A DNA stretch of 64,000 nucleotides from Octopus vulgaris (taxonomy: Eukaryota). Below are positions 11,595 to 23,241 of this stretch, in pieces; positions within the stretch are counted from its first letter, which is position 1, and each line of letters begins with the position of its first letter. Below the pieces are notes generated by a model that worked only from the letters and a program-made list of their open reading frames with translations, ran no database searches and was not told where the DNA came from. The position numbers were made by a program, and so were the translations under genes. Where the stretch lies: the NCBI GenBank assembly GCA_951406725.2, contig OX597818.1, forward strand, positions 17,856,001 through 17,920,000, in the 5' to 3' direction.

Positions 11595-13140
11595 CTGTAT
11601 TTTTCGGCAGATTGGATGCACTTTCCTTATTTGTAAATGTCAAAAAATTGCCCTGCATCTAATGGGAGACTGAGCTCTGTAGGCTAGGGAAGCCGAACGA
11701 GCATACTGGGAAAGTTCCCTAGGCACAAAAATTTATTGTTGCTAATAATAAATAATGAAATCAAACCAAATTATCATAGTCTGGTATTACAAACTTACAA
11801 AAAGTTGCTTACGATACATTGGCAGTTATGAGGGAAGCTCACATCATCTTTCCTCCTTCCTCAGCATACATAACCCGCATCTGATATATGTATTGGATTA
11901 TTTAATGACTGGGTTACCTTTAAGAAACATTTGTTTATTATCAAAATGCTCCTGGGAATTTGAAAGGAATGTTAAACTTTCATCTGCCTGGCAGCCATTT
12001 GCAATGTTCAAATCAGATGATGTCTTTGGGGGCTTCACTTCTACAGTAGCGCCTCCTTCCTGTTGTGTTCCTTTCTTGGTCATTCATTTGTGTTTGGCTC
12101 TTTTAGTCTTTTTTGCCTTATTTTCCACATTCTGGCCTGTTGTGGTACCACAAAACATCACATCCTGAATAGCAATTATCTTGCCCAAAATATAAACAAC
12201 TATACAGCTGATCTGAGAGGAGACAAGCATTGGGGTATGATTTTTCCTTAACATACTGGTAAATTTCATACAGAGTCCAATCCCATGGCTGAAAAACAAA
12301 AACGGCACTGCTATAACATCAAATTCAAATTAGATGCCGCATATGCAAAAGATCTTGGTAGTAGGGCAGCTGCTTGGTATTTTGGTTCACCACCAACCTA
12401 GAAAATAGTAAGGATGTGAAGGAACCGAGAAGAGCAGCTGAAAGATGTTAGACATAGCAAACACCGCCTTGGTAGGGGAGTTGTAAAGTGGCATGAACTA
12501 GAATTAAAACAGGAGTTTTAGACCAAAGATTAGGCTTTTCAGTATCCACTAAAATGATTATGTACCATTCATTAAAGAAACCTTATTAATTTGGAACCAG
12601 TTTCAGGCTTATAAAGCTGAGCTTCTGAAGAGGAAATTTGGAGGCCCAGTTAGCTATAATTCCAGGAAACCTAACCAGCCAGTTACAGCCTTTAGATGTT
12701 TCAGTCAATAAACCATTTAAAATATTTGTGTGGGAAGAGTAGAAAAAGTGGATGCAGTCTTCAGATTTTTAAGTGACACCAACAGGAAGCAGGGTGTGAG
12801 TCGGTAAAAAGTTCATAGAATGCTATAAAAGATGTAGTTGTGAAATCATTTTTAAAACATGGCATTAGTAATGCCCTTGATGGTACTGAGGACGATTTAT
12901 TGTTTGAAGACGATATTGATGACCCAGATCCTATTGCAGAGAATTCCAGTGATGAAGATAGTACCAGTAATGTGGATGGTAACATTGACAACTTTCTTAG
13001 AAAGTGAGGTTGGGGATATGTTAACTTTACATCTCTCCACCACATATATGAAGCACCATGGATAATTTAACATCTCTTAGATTTTATGATGATTATGAAA
13101 TGATTGTTGAGGTTGGTGTAGAAATATCGGAAAATCAAGT
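11595..13140 (+). mobile_element. Decayed pogo/Tc2-type (POGK-like) DNA transposon, internally deleted
   Basis: TA-CTGTATTTTTCGG terminus; Brinker-like N-terminus KQKRHCYNIKFKL..YAKDLGSRAAAWYFG at ~12295-12445; C-terminal VVKSFLKHGISNALDGTEDDLLFED at ~12835-12912; stops and frameshifts throughout; right end uncertain. Confidence 0.65.
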
Positions 13141-13364
13141 GTGACAGTAAAGGTTTAATGGTTAGTATTGAATTTGGTTCTAGTCAAGCTCCTGGGAGGA
13201 AAGCAAGGCTAGGGGTATGTTTTTGTTTGTGGTAGGTGAGGGTCTAACTGAAATATATGGGAATAACTCATGGAGAGCTTTCAGGGCAGTAGTAGTGAAG
13301 GGAAACTGTGGTGGACTAGAAGAGAGATAGAGGACACAGGTTATTGTGCATGCACACATACATA

Positions 13365-13581
13365 CGAGGCAGTTTTGGAAAGTTCCTGACTTTTGATGAA
13401 AGAAAATACAAGAGGATCAGTTAATTATGATTTTATTCAACATATTCCCCCCTAAGATTCACAAACTTATTGAAGCAATCCTTCAGTTTTTCTAAGCCCT
13501 GTAAAAGAACTCAAAAGATTGGGTCCCCAACTAGGCCTTTTGTAATACCCTTAAAGCCAGGGACTTTTCAGCACCCTCTCG
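13365..13581. mobile_element. mariner-derived MITE
   Basis: TA-CGAGGCAGTTTTGGAAAGTTCCTGACTTT...AAAGCCAGGGACTTTTCAGCACCCTCTCG-TA; a partial second copy at 19358-19441. Confidence 0.8.
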
Positions 13582-14292
13582 TATATATAGGGGGCATGTA
13601 TGTATAAGTCTTGTGCTTAATAAGTTTGATTCAGCTCTACATTTCTTAGATTCTCTAGGGTAGGACACGTTCACCTCATCAGATGTTCGGATAACTATTA
13701 CTTTTACCAAATGAGAAGAATATGCTTCACTGCAGAGGTCTAATAAAACCAGAGCAATGTTCGTTGTTTTCGTTAAAAGACCAGATCCATTTCTGTGCTG
13801 CATTTTCTATATTCTCTCAAAGATTTGATCCATTCTATTGGTTATCCCCCCTTCTTTTTTAGCTTTTTTTTAAACACCCCAGATTGGAATCTTGTCTACT
13901 AATTGCATAAATAATCTCAGTTAATTGAAATTTTACGACTCGTTAATTTGAATAATATAAAAGCATTGAGGTGAGGGAATGTGTAGTGGAATATGAACGA
14001 AAGAAAATGAATGAGGAGAGCTGAAAGTTGGATGAAAGGAGAAAGACGTAGTGAATGCGAAGGAGATAACGGTAACTTCAATATGAAAATATGACTTCTT
14101 CAGAATAAGACAATGCGGAACCAATTATTGATATTAATTTATTTCTCTAATTGATCTTTAATTGCCCGTCAATAAATCCATATGATTGTTGTATTTGTTT
14201 TAAATTAATCTTCCACCGGTTACCTTTCATGGGGTCCGTATCACTGTTTAAAACAAATATTGTCTGCCGTGGTTTACTTCGAGAGGTTCATG

Positions 14293-16044
14293 TTATTGTG
14301 TATGTCTAACATTATCTGCTATGGCTTTTCTCACTGCAATGTGGCCAGACAATATCTGCCTGGCTTCACTTACTGAACATTTATTGATACCAATCAAAAG
14401 AGCTGTGGGTAACACTTTTGGTGTCCTCTTCGCTATTTGTGTACGTCCGCTGATAGGTTGACATAACTGTTCCTGTGATAATTCATCGGAATCGTACAAC
14501 ACACGCAATACCTGTTTCTCTGCCTCTTCTTGACTCAGTTCTGTGAAATCTGTTAAAATTCCAATTGCTCTGTGGTAAAGTTTGTTATTACTTAGTTTCA
14601 AGTCCACCATAATATTCTGAAAAACTTTCCCCTTTAAAATATGTGCTCCAGTAGAAATTGCGTTGAGGACCAATTTAGCAGCAAATTCACAAAATGCTGT
14701 TGACCATTCTTTAGCAACTTTACAATTTATTAAATCGGAGATTTCATTCCAAGGCATTTCAAGATTAATAAATGAATTATTTATTTGTAGTTGGGGTTTA
14801 GTTTTTCCAAAGGAATTTAAATGAATTTGTATTGTTTTACATTTAGATAAAGATGGTGAAGTTAGGGTAACATCTCGTTCGTCGTCGTTTAAAACAACAA
14901 TCAAATCACTTTCTTCGAAATGCTTAGCGACAACTTCATTAAAATATTTCAGCGATATATCTGACCCTCTATTTTGGACACTGAGATCCCCTTCTTGGTT
15001 AGCCAATGTATGATAACCCCCATCAAGATATACATTTACATCCGTTGGATCTGACCCAAAAGTTGGACAACACTCCGAGGCGTCAATTAAGCTCATGATA
15101 CCGATGCTGTCATGACCAATGTAATAGAGATGGCCGTTTGACTGGAGACATGTTCCAGATAATTCTATCGCCTCTGCTATCTGAGCTGACTTAGAATAAA
15201 CACTCCGACAGACAGCTTGATAGCCAGCAATTATGTTAAATATCGAAGGCATCGTTAAAGAATTAAAACCTCCCAGAGACTGCAAAAGAGCTGGAATAAA
15301 AATGCTTTCTAATATAATTTTTGTAATCGATCCACCTTTCATTCGACTTGAACCACAAATAGCTTCAGGCCCGACAATCGGGTTAATTAGAAAGGCCTTA
15401 CCTTCTGCAACAACTGGAAGATATGATTTCATAACATCGTAAAAGCTCTTCCCTCCCCATTTTTCGATGCTGGTTTTCCTTGACAGGTTGCTAGGATTAA
15501 ACCCAATTAGAACCGGCGTGTACTTTGTCAAATGCTTGATGCAATAGTCCAACTGTCCGGCCACGAACGGCGCTGAAAGTCCACAAGTAATGCCTACATA
15601 TAGTACTTGGCTTTTCTCCACCGTTGCTTTCTCCAGTAAATCCGCACCTAATTGAGGATCATCTTCGTAAAGTTCTTGCGAAGTAAACAGTGCTTCGTCC
15701 CCTCCAGCAATTATGTAACGGAAACACGGTTCATTCGATCCCGTTTCTTTCAGTCTGCTGTTCATGGCTCTAGCCAAGAGAAAGGCCAACCTCCCTGACG
15801 TACCGCAACCGGAGAGGACAACTGCACTTCGGACAGGGTCTTGCATGAGAGACGTCGCAAGTTGTTGTACGGTAGCAATTGTATTCAGTACAACATCGCT
15901 GAAAACGTTTTGATCCTTGTATTTTCCCCAACCAGAAAATATTTCTGAATCACATGATTCTAAGAGTTTCACTATTTCTTGAGGTGTTGACACATCAATG
16001 TTTGTTGTAATTGGGTTTCTCCTTTCTGTTACTGGTTTCTCCAT
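14293..16044 (-). CDS. GCKR: Glucokinase regulatory protein-like (double SIS domain, GKRP/MurQ family), single coding exon, 583 aa
   Basis: Uninterrupted ORF with PVTERRNP, LSGCGTSGRLA, IIAGGD, GLSAPFVAGQLD, GFNP, GPEAICGSSRMKGG, KLVLNAISTGAH and MVDLKLSNNKLYHRA, colinear with vertebrate GKRP. An in-frame TGA two codons upstream of the ATG fixes the start. Confidence 0.93.
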   Translation of the reverse strand: MEKPVTERRNPITTNIDVSTPQEIVKLLESCDSEIFSGWGKYKDQNVFSDVVLNTIATVQQLATSLMQDPVRSAVVLSGCGTSGRLAFLLARAMNSRLKETGSNEPCFRYIIAGGDEALFTSQELYEDDPQLGADLLEKATVEKSQVLYVGITCGLSAPFVAGQLDYCIKHLTKYTPVLIGFNPSNLSRKTSIEKWGGKSFYDVMKSYLPVVAEGKAFLINPIVGPEAICGSSRMKGGSITKIILESIFIPALLQSLGGFNSLTMPSIFNIIAGYQAVCRSVYSKSAQIAEAIELSGTCLQSNGHLYYIGHDSIGIMSLIDASECCPTFGSDPTDVNVYLDGGYHTLANQEGDLSVQNRGSDISLKYFNEVVAKHFEESDLIVVLNDDERDVTLTSPSLSKCKTIQIHLNSFGKTKPQLQINNSFINLEMPWNEISDLINCKVAKEWSTAFCEFAAKLVLNAISTGAHILKGKVFQNIMVDLKLSNNKLYHRAIGILTDFTELSQEEAEKQVLRVLYDSDELSQEQLCQPISGRTQIAKRTPKVLPTALLIGINKCSVSEARQILSGHIAVRKAIADNVRHTQ

Positions 16045-16424
16045 GATTCACACGTATTTCATTGAATGTTTAACATATGCTGCAGTAAAATATGACTCCA
16101 CCCAACAAACGAACTCCCTCTTGATCAATGTGCCCGCCTTTATCAGAAACCCGTTCCAAAGGTCACGAACAGTAAATTTCATAAACAAAAATCTATGTGG
16201 TGTAAGGGAGGTAACTGCAATTGAATAAAATCTAAATCTGTGTTAAAGTTGTTCATGAGACAAAAGTCGGGTTTGATCAACTTGACACAATTGAATGTAT
16301 TCCAGTCATGACCATCCCATCTTTGGGAAATCTGGAATTACATTATCCAATGTGTCCCTCCTTTCTAAGATTATAGGAAGTGGTCATGGGGAAATATAAG
16401 AATTATTACAATTAATATATATTA

Positions 16425-17830
16425 ATAGGCGCAGGAGTGGCTGTGTGGTAAGTGGCTTGATAACCAACCACATGGTTCCGGGTTCAGTCCCACTGCGTGG
16501 CATCTTCGGCATGTGTCTTCTGCTATAGCCCCGGGCCTTGTGAGTGGATTTGGTAGACGGAAACTGAAAGAAGCCTGTCGTATATATATATATATATATG
16601 TGTGTTTGTGTGTCTGTGTTTGTCCCCCTAGCATTGCTTGACAACCGATGCTGGTGTGTTTACGTCCCCGTCACTTAGCGGTTCGGCAAAAGAGACCGAT
16701 AGAATAAGTACTGGGCTTACAAAGAATAAGTCCCGGGGTCGATTTGCTCGACTAAAGGCGGTGCTCCAGCATGGCCGCAGTCAAATGACTGAAACAAGTA
16801 AAAGAGAGTAGAGAGAGAATATATATTTGTAATGAGATAAAAAAACCAAGGCTGAGTAGATTTTAGAACATTTATATATTCTTTTATTTGTTTCAGTCAT
16901 TTGACTGCAGCCATGCTGGAGCACTGCCTTTAGTCGAACAAATCGACCCCAGGACTTATTCTTTGTAAGCCTAGTACTTATTCTATTGGTCTCTTTTGCC
17001 GAAGAATTAAGTTACGGGGACATAAACACAACAGCATCGGTTGTCAAGCGATGGGGGGGGGGCAAGCACACACGCACACATATATACATATATATACATA
17101 TATACGACGGGCTTCTTTCAGTTTCCGTCTACCAAATCCACCCACAAGGCTTTGGTCGGCCTAAGGCTATAGTCGAAGACACTGTGTGTCTGTGTTTGTC
17201 CCCCCACTATCGCTTGACAACCGATGTTGGTGTGCTTACGTTCCTGTAACTTAGCGGTTTGGCGAAAGATACCGATAGAATAAGTCGATTTGTTCGACCA
17301 AAGGCGGTGCTCCAGCATGGCCGCAGTCAAATGAATGAAAGAAAAGAAGAAAAAAAAAATATATATAAGTTAAAAGTTATGGCCGGTTATAAAGTGACCA
17401 TTGGTTTCGCACCTATAAAGCGTTTAGGATTATTGGATTATAGGCGCAGGAGTGGCTGTGTGGTAAGTAGCTTGTTTACCAACCACATGGTTCCTGGTTC
17501 AGTCCCACTGCGTGGCACCTTGGGCAAGTGTCTTCTACTATAGCCTCGGGCCGACCAAAGCCTTGTGAGTGGATTTGGTAGACAGAAACTGAAAGAAGCC
17601 CGTCGTATATATGTATATATATATATATGCGTGTGCGTGTATGTTTGTGTGTCTGTGTTTGTCCCCCTAGCATTGACAACCGATGCTGGTGCGTTTATGT
17701 CCCCGTCACTAAGCGGTTCGGCAAAAGAAACAGAATAAGTACTGGGCTTACAAAGAATAAGTCCCGGGGTCGAGTTTCTCGATTAAATACGGTGCTTCAG
17801 CATGGCCGCAGTCTGAAACAAGTAAGTAAG
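16425..17830. mobile_element. Cluster of SINE family A copies: 16425-16810 (+), 16882-17181 (-), 17182-17345 (+), 17441-17830 (+)
   Basis: Direct alignment of head, microsatellite and tail segments among copies. Confidence 0.88.
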
Positions 17831-18085
17831 TAAACTCATCAGACTCAAATGACTGAACACGCATAACCTCTCTAGAAAGTGGAGCAAGTCATACGTTACG
17901 GTCTGTTGGCTTTGTGAACGAAATATGTCAGTGCTACCAGCAAGCCGTGGTTATCTCCCTTACATCGGCTCCGTTCGATTATTAGCCATTTCAGTCATTT
18001 GAATCGGACGAGTCGCCTATAATGCCAAGCGTTTTATAGGTGCGAAATCAATGGTCATTCTATGACCGACCATCAACTTTTAACT
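17368..18085. mobile_element. MITE with ~100-bp TIRs; left TIR split by a SINE A insertion
   Basis: AGTTAAAAGTT..TGACCATTGGTTTCGCACCTATAAA at 17368 is the reverse complement of 18010-18085; homology resumes after the SINE (ACTCATCAGACTCAAATGACTGAA versus TTCAGTCATTTGAATCGGACGAGT). Confidence 0.75.
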
Positions 18086-18114
18086 TCCTAAAAGATACAT
18101 TTCTACTCTACTGA

Positions 18115-18168
<54 letters not shown>

Positions 18169-18372
18169 GGTTGAAAAGGAAACAGGCAGAAGCAATGAAA
18201 ATACCCCTTGTATTTGAACACTATGCAAATATTCTTTTAAATAACTTTTCTTTAACTTTTTCCAAAATCTAATTGTTTTCCATACTTACAGTTGGAAAAG
18301 TCTCCATGACTGAAACCGGTACTGAAATGTTTTTTATAAAATTATTTTAGCATTTTCTACCTTGACTTTTTT

Positions 18373-18447
<75 letters not shown>

Positions 18448-18448
<1 letters not shown>

Positions 18449-18942
18449 CTATATATATAAAACTCTAGTTGTGTGAGTGTCTGTCCCCTTCGATTTAGAT
18501 TCCTAACTCCTCCCACATTTTGCGGTGCAGTTTAACCAAATTCGGGTATCTTATAGTCGTGATTCATATCGAGCCCGTCTGACTATTAGCGCGCGTCAAC
18601 GATGAGTCTACGATTTTAAAAATAATTTAACATCATTTTTTATTCCATTTTAATGCATAAAATGCATCGTATGTCGATGGCGGCGGAGTTGGCGTCCACG
18701 CTCACAGCTGCACCTGTTTGCTTCTCCCCCTTCCCTCCCTCGTGAAGCTGTGGGGAAGGGAGTGTAAAGAAATCAACGTCGTAATGCGTTGTCAAGGAAA
18801 CCAGCGTTCTTTTAGAACAACGACTTCATGGCTTGAAGACACCAAAATATAAGAAAGCCCGAATTTATAGGGAAGTAACTCTCTAAAAATGCTTATATAG
18901 TTATTTCCCTACAAACCCGAGCAACGCCGGGCGATACTGTAG
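18448..18942 (+). mobile_element. Non-autonomous Helitron
   Basis: A|TCTATATATATAAAA 5' end, 3' hairpin CCCGAGCAACGCCGGG, CTGTAG|T end (CTAG in the sister copy), no TSD. Confidence 0.85.
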
Positions 18943-19118
18943 TATATATATATATATGTAATAATAATAATATTAGGGAGAAAATCCAAACTTACAGGGA
19001 AAAATTAGATTTAGGAATTTGAATTTTATATTTTATATTTTTTATTAATTAATTTTTTTCTATGTATTGGTTTATGATTTTCACTGTTTGATTTGCCTAA
19101 GAGTGGTTTTATCTCTAA

Positions 19119-19190
<72 letters not shown>

Positions 19191-20521
19191 GACGGGGCCT
19201 CTTTCAGTTTCCGTCTACCAAATCCACTCACAAGGTTTTGGTCGGCCTGAGGCAATTGTAGAAGGCACATGCCAAATGTGCCACGTAGTGGGTCTGAGCC
19301 TGGAACTACGTGGTTGGGAAGCAAGCTTTTTACCACACAGCCATGTGTGTGTGTGCACGAGGGGCTGCTGAAAAGTTCTTGGTTTTTAGGTTATCGGGAA
19401 AGGCCTGCTTGGAGTTCTTTTACAGGGTTTAGAAAAACTGACAGTGCCTGCGCTTGAACCCTGGCCAAAGACTGTTTACTGGGTAATTTGACACCATTCT
19501 CTCCAGCACGTTTTCCAACATTCCACACTCAACCAGAACTCATAGGTCCCATATTTCCCAAGTGGTTAATTTGTAGCTGTGTTGCAGTAATGTAAGCATA
19601 GAACACTCCTAAAATACTTAGAAAAATATCACACACTCCTGCAAAAACGAGCGGCTTTTACCCAGTAATGCGACTCCTGCTAGGGAATTTTCCGAAATGC
19701 AAAAGTGTATCTGTCATGAATTATACAAGGAACACCATGTTGCTATAACTGAATGGAAATTCCATTAACGAGAGCTAACACTGGAAAATTCAGCTGTCTA
19801 GAAGGTAATAGATCCAGACCACATATTAGAAGTGAAAGACATTCCATACAGAGTTGTTTCCCTTCAGAAGAAATTATTAAAGATTAATTTTCTTCTTTTC
19901 TATTTTTAAAATTAAAGTTTTTTTTAAATTAAATCATTTATATTTATAAAAAAAAATGCGGGGAAGAAGAGAGATGAGAAAGGGGAAAAAAAGAAAACAA
20001 AAAAGGGTAGGGGTAAAGCAGTGGAAGATTGGAGAGAGGGTGTGATGATCCACATATACACCAGAAGTAGATGCTCAACCGCGCCCACATCACACACTAT
20101 GGAAGTATTGAGCAAGCAGAATTGTTAACGCACCGGGCAAAATACTTCGCAGCATTTTCGTCCGTCTCTTTGCGTTCTGAGTTCAAATTCTACTGGGGTC
20201 GACTTCGTCTTTCGTCCTTTCGCGATCGATGAAAAAGTACTAGTTGAGCACTGGGGTCGAAGTAATCGACTTACTCCCCACCACCGCAAAAAAAAAACAA
20301 AAAAAAAAAACAAAAGCAAAAAAACTTCAGGCTTTGTGCTTAATGTAGAAAGAAAGGATTTATTACGTATAATCTGTTACTTATGTACTCTGAGCTGTTA
20401 CTTCACACAAATACACTAAACCTTAGTATTTGTCCCACGACTTCTAGTTACACATCCACAGCATCGATTTAATTATTCCCATACAAATAAGCAAAATTTT
20501 GTCTTTATAATACAAAATTTT

Positions 20522-21005
20522 GTAGGTTGACCGCGAGGATGGTAAGCGCCCCGACGGAATAACCCTCTTCCCAAACGAGCGAGGTAAATCCCTAATCTGG
20601 GATTCGACGAACTACGCTACGTTTTCTGTCTCCGGCCTCGCTGTTTCGATCGCAAACTCGGATATCGCCACCCGAAACACAGAGGAGAAGAAGCTAAACG
20701 AATACAGGAGCCTGACCGGCTGCTCGCCCAGACGTCCGGTGTTCTGGAACCCAAACTGCTGATTTCCTACGGAAAAATCGGGATAATAGCGAGTTGTCTG
20801 AGAAATGAGCACCGCGAGGTGGGGTGACTGTTGCAGCGACTGTCGCTGACTATTCTCCGTGGCAACGCCTTTGCAATTATTCCCCGCGAAGCGTAGCTAA
20901 ACACTCCATTTGTTCTGGTGTGTGCAACCGCCACCCCCTTCTCTGTCCATAAATCAGCAACTTAACTCCACCCCATCTCCTGTTTTTACTTTTTCCTTGG
21001 TAAGG
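20522..21005. promoter_or_regulatory. GC/CpG-rich unique island, candidate promoter or non-coding first exon
   Basis: Markedly higher GC and CpG density than flanks, not repeated in the window; + strand donor-like sites ATG|GTAAGC (~20540), GAG|GTAAAT (~20584), TTG|GTAAGG (~21000). Confidence 0.45.
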
Positions 21006-21176
21006 TAGTTATGGGTTTTTTTTTCGTCGATAATTTAATCTTTTCATACTTTTTCTTTCTTTTCTTTCCTTAAAAATATATTTATTGTTCATAAAATGGT
21101 TTTCCAATATCAACTGAAAAAAACCCAAAAAACCCTGCAATTTGTTAATAGCTATTTTGTGTTTTAGGGGAAAAAA

Positions 21177-22385
<1,209 letters not shown>

Positions 22386-22419
22386 GGTGACTTACATTCA
22401 CTTCTTATACATATGTATT

Positions 22420-22480
<61 letters not shown>

Positions 22481-22482
<2 letters not shown>

Positions 22483-22705
22483 CTTCCGGTCTTTCAAAAT
22501 AGACCTCATGTGTACCGTTGGCAATTTTTCTTCCTCTGTCTTCCCTTCTCTGGATCTTTCCTTCTCCTATGTTTTCGACGAAGAGCTCCGCTCGAAACGT
22601 TAAACCCTCCTTCTTTCCTTCTTTCCTGAGCGTCCAATAATACTATATTTGTTCCACGTCCTCGCGTTGTTGTGTTTTTTTGTGCCTTCTTGTTTGGATT
22701 AACTA
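22481..22705 (+). mobile_element. TA-embedded Penelope-type terminal repeat carrying a hammerhead-like motif (second copy 46828-47010 minus)
   Basis: Two ~170-bp homologous copies; both contain GTTT-(C/T)CGACGA-AGAGC-TCC-G(C/T)TC-GAAA-C(G/A)TT-AAAC. Confidence 0.6.
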
Positions 22706-22729
22706 TATAGAGAGAGAGATAGAGGTATA

Positions 22730-22819
<90 letters not shown>

Positions 22820-22889
22820 CCTATACCTCTATCTTCTCGCTTGGCTCCATGTTTTTATAGTCTCAATACAGTAATGGACCAAATATCCG

Positions 22890-23070
22890 GCAAGCCTTGG
22901 CTCAGAAATAGTCTGGATTTCTGGCCTTCTCAGTTTTCTGGAGACAGTCTAGAGCTCATCTCCCCGAGGTGTCAAGTGATGTCCGTGAGGGTGCTTGGGT
23001 GTTTCAACGCCTTAGCTTTGCCATCGCCCATGGTAATACCGCGAGCGTTTTGGCTTACTTCAGTAGATTT
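22890..23070 (+). mobile_element. 3' fragment of a CRE-like (RLE endonuclease) non-LTR retrotransposon
   Basis: Translates SSDVREGAWVFQRLSFAIAHGNTASVL, matching the CRE C-terminal motif LFQRLSxAIQRGNAASVL. Confidence 0.6.
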
Positions 23071-23241
23071 TGTTGAACCTTGTGGTGTGCGACCAATTGA
23101 GGCACTTGGTGTTGAATTAGTATTTTTCTTTTTTTTCTTTCTTCCTTTCTCTCCCTTTTTCCCATTTTGTCTTTCTTTCTTCGCTCATGTTTGTGTTTTC
23201 TTCGATTTTGGGTTTGTATTTTAATGTAACATTGAAGAAAC

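Noticed and set aside
14293-16044. Bacterial horizontal transfer or contamination of murQ
   Set aside because: The protein has the fused double-SIS length and motifs of animal GKRP and sits among host SINEs; MurQ is about half this length.
19441-19870. Coding-like unique stretch after a partial mariner MITE
   Set aside because: The forward frames I read contain stops and no recognisable motif; left unassigned.
20555-20600. Telomerase RNA template (TAACCCT, AATCCCTAATC) or 7SK-like GGATG start
   Set aside because: Neither motif gives a proper 1.5-repeat CTAACCCTAA template, and I saw no convincing pseudoknot, H/ACA or 7SK GATC stem.
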